From Candidatus Methylomirabilis oxygeniifera (GTDB lineage Bacteria; Methylomirabilota; Methylomirabilia; Methylomirabilales; Methylomirabilaceae), in the NCBI GenBank assembly GCA_000091165.1, contig FP565575.1:2280001-2312000 (forward strand): 32,000 bases of DNA. Direction: 5' to 3'. The notes beneath the pieces are model-generated. The model saw only the letters and a program-made list of their open reading frames with translations. It was not told the DNA's origin and ran no database searches. The position numbers and the translations under genes were made by a program. Positions 31,849-32,000 of this stretch are shown here, one piece after another (positions within the stretch are counted from its first letter, which is position 1; every line of letters starts with the position of its first letter).

Positions 31849-32000
31849 TCACTCGGCGCGCCCTCTCATCTGTTCTTCAGTCTCTCGCCGGAGGAGTCGG
31901 ATCGTCTCTTCATAGATGGTCCGACGGGGTCCGATCGCCACAAGGTCGATCGCTGCAGGCGTGATTCGGTAGATGACCCGAAGCCTCCCGACTCGCACAC
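31849..32000 (-). CDS. RelE/ParE-family toxin, C-terminal part (gene runs off the window)
   Basis: This is not in the ORF track. The minus frame from 31998 reads VRVGRLRVIYRITPAAIDLVAIGPRRTIYEE...RAE-stop (stop at 31849..31851). The G.YR.IY....I.I..I.HR..IY pattern is typical of RelE/ParE. Confidence 0.65.
   Translation of the reverse strand, partial: VRVGRLRVIYRITPAAIDLVAIGPRRTIYEETIRLLRRETEEQMRGRAE

Overview
Read by eye only: no database searches, alignments, folding or GC calculations were run. The window looks like chromosome from a GC-rich autotrophic C1-metabolising bacterium. That guess rests on gene content, and taxonomy cannot be settled from this window.

The core genes are:
- glyQ and glyS
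- a Calvin-cycle cluster on the minus strand (prk, gap, tkt, glpX)
- pterin genes
- a methanofuran/H4MPT-type cofactor cluster: HisA/F-like, ATP-grasp MfnD-like, hydantoinase-like MfnF-like, amino-acid-kinase MfnE-like and MfnB
- rlmL
- a UbiD-family decarboxylase

An accessory island of about 8.4 kb (about 17.05-25.4 kb) splits the cofactor cluster. It carries:
- an IS200/RAYT-like tyrosine transposase bounded by 23-bp inverted repeats
- an IS630 transposase remnant
- a ParB/DUF262-like plus HNH fusion gene
- an ORF-less group II intron-like RNA placed just after a stem-loop
- a C-protein-controlled type II R-M system with a Dam-class methyltransferase
- a 470-bp hairpin-dense non-coding block
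- an AT-richer TPR/HExxH gene that appears to be frameshifted

A second small accessory patch (27.1-29.0 kb) holds vapBC, a membrane-anchored NERD/zinc-ribbon gene and a possible transposase fragment. A partial relE/parE toxin gene sits at the right edge.

Three observations stand out:
1. A TlpA-like thioredoxin-fold gene has an in-frame TGA in place of the first Cys of its CxxC motif. A SECIS-like hairpin follows 10 nt downstream, so this is a likely selenoprotein that the ORF track splits into two ORFs.
2. The ORF-less group II intron-like element lies between the restriction gene and the DUF262-HNH gene.
3. Heptanucleotide tandem repeats fill many intergenic spacers. In the Calvin-cycle operon they form register-matched G-rich and C-rich arms.
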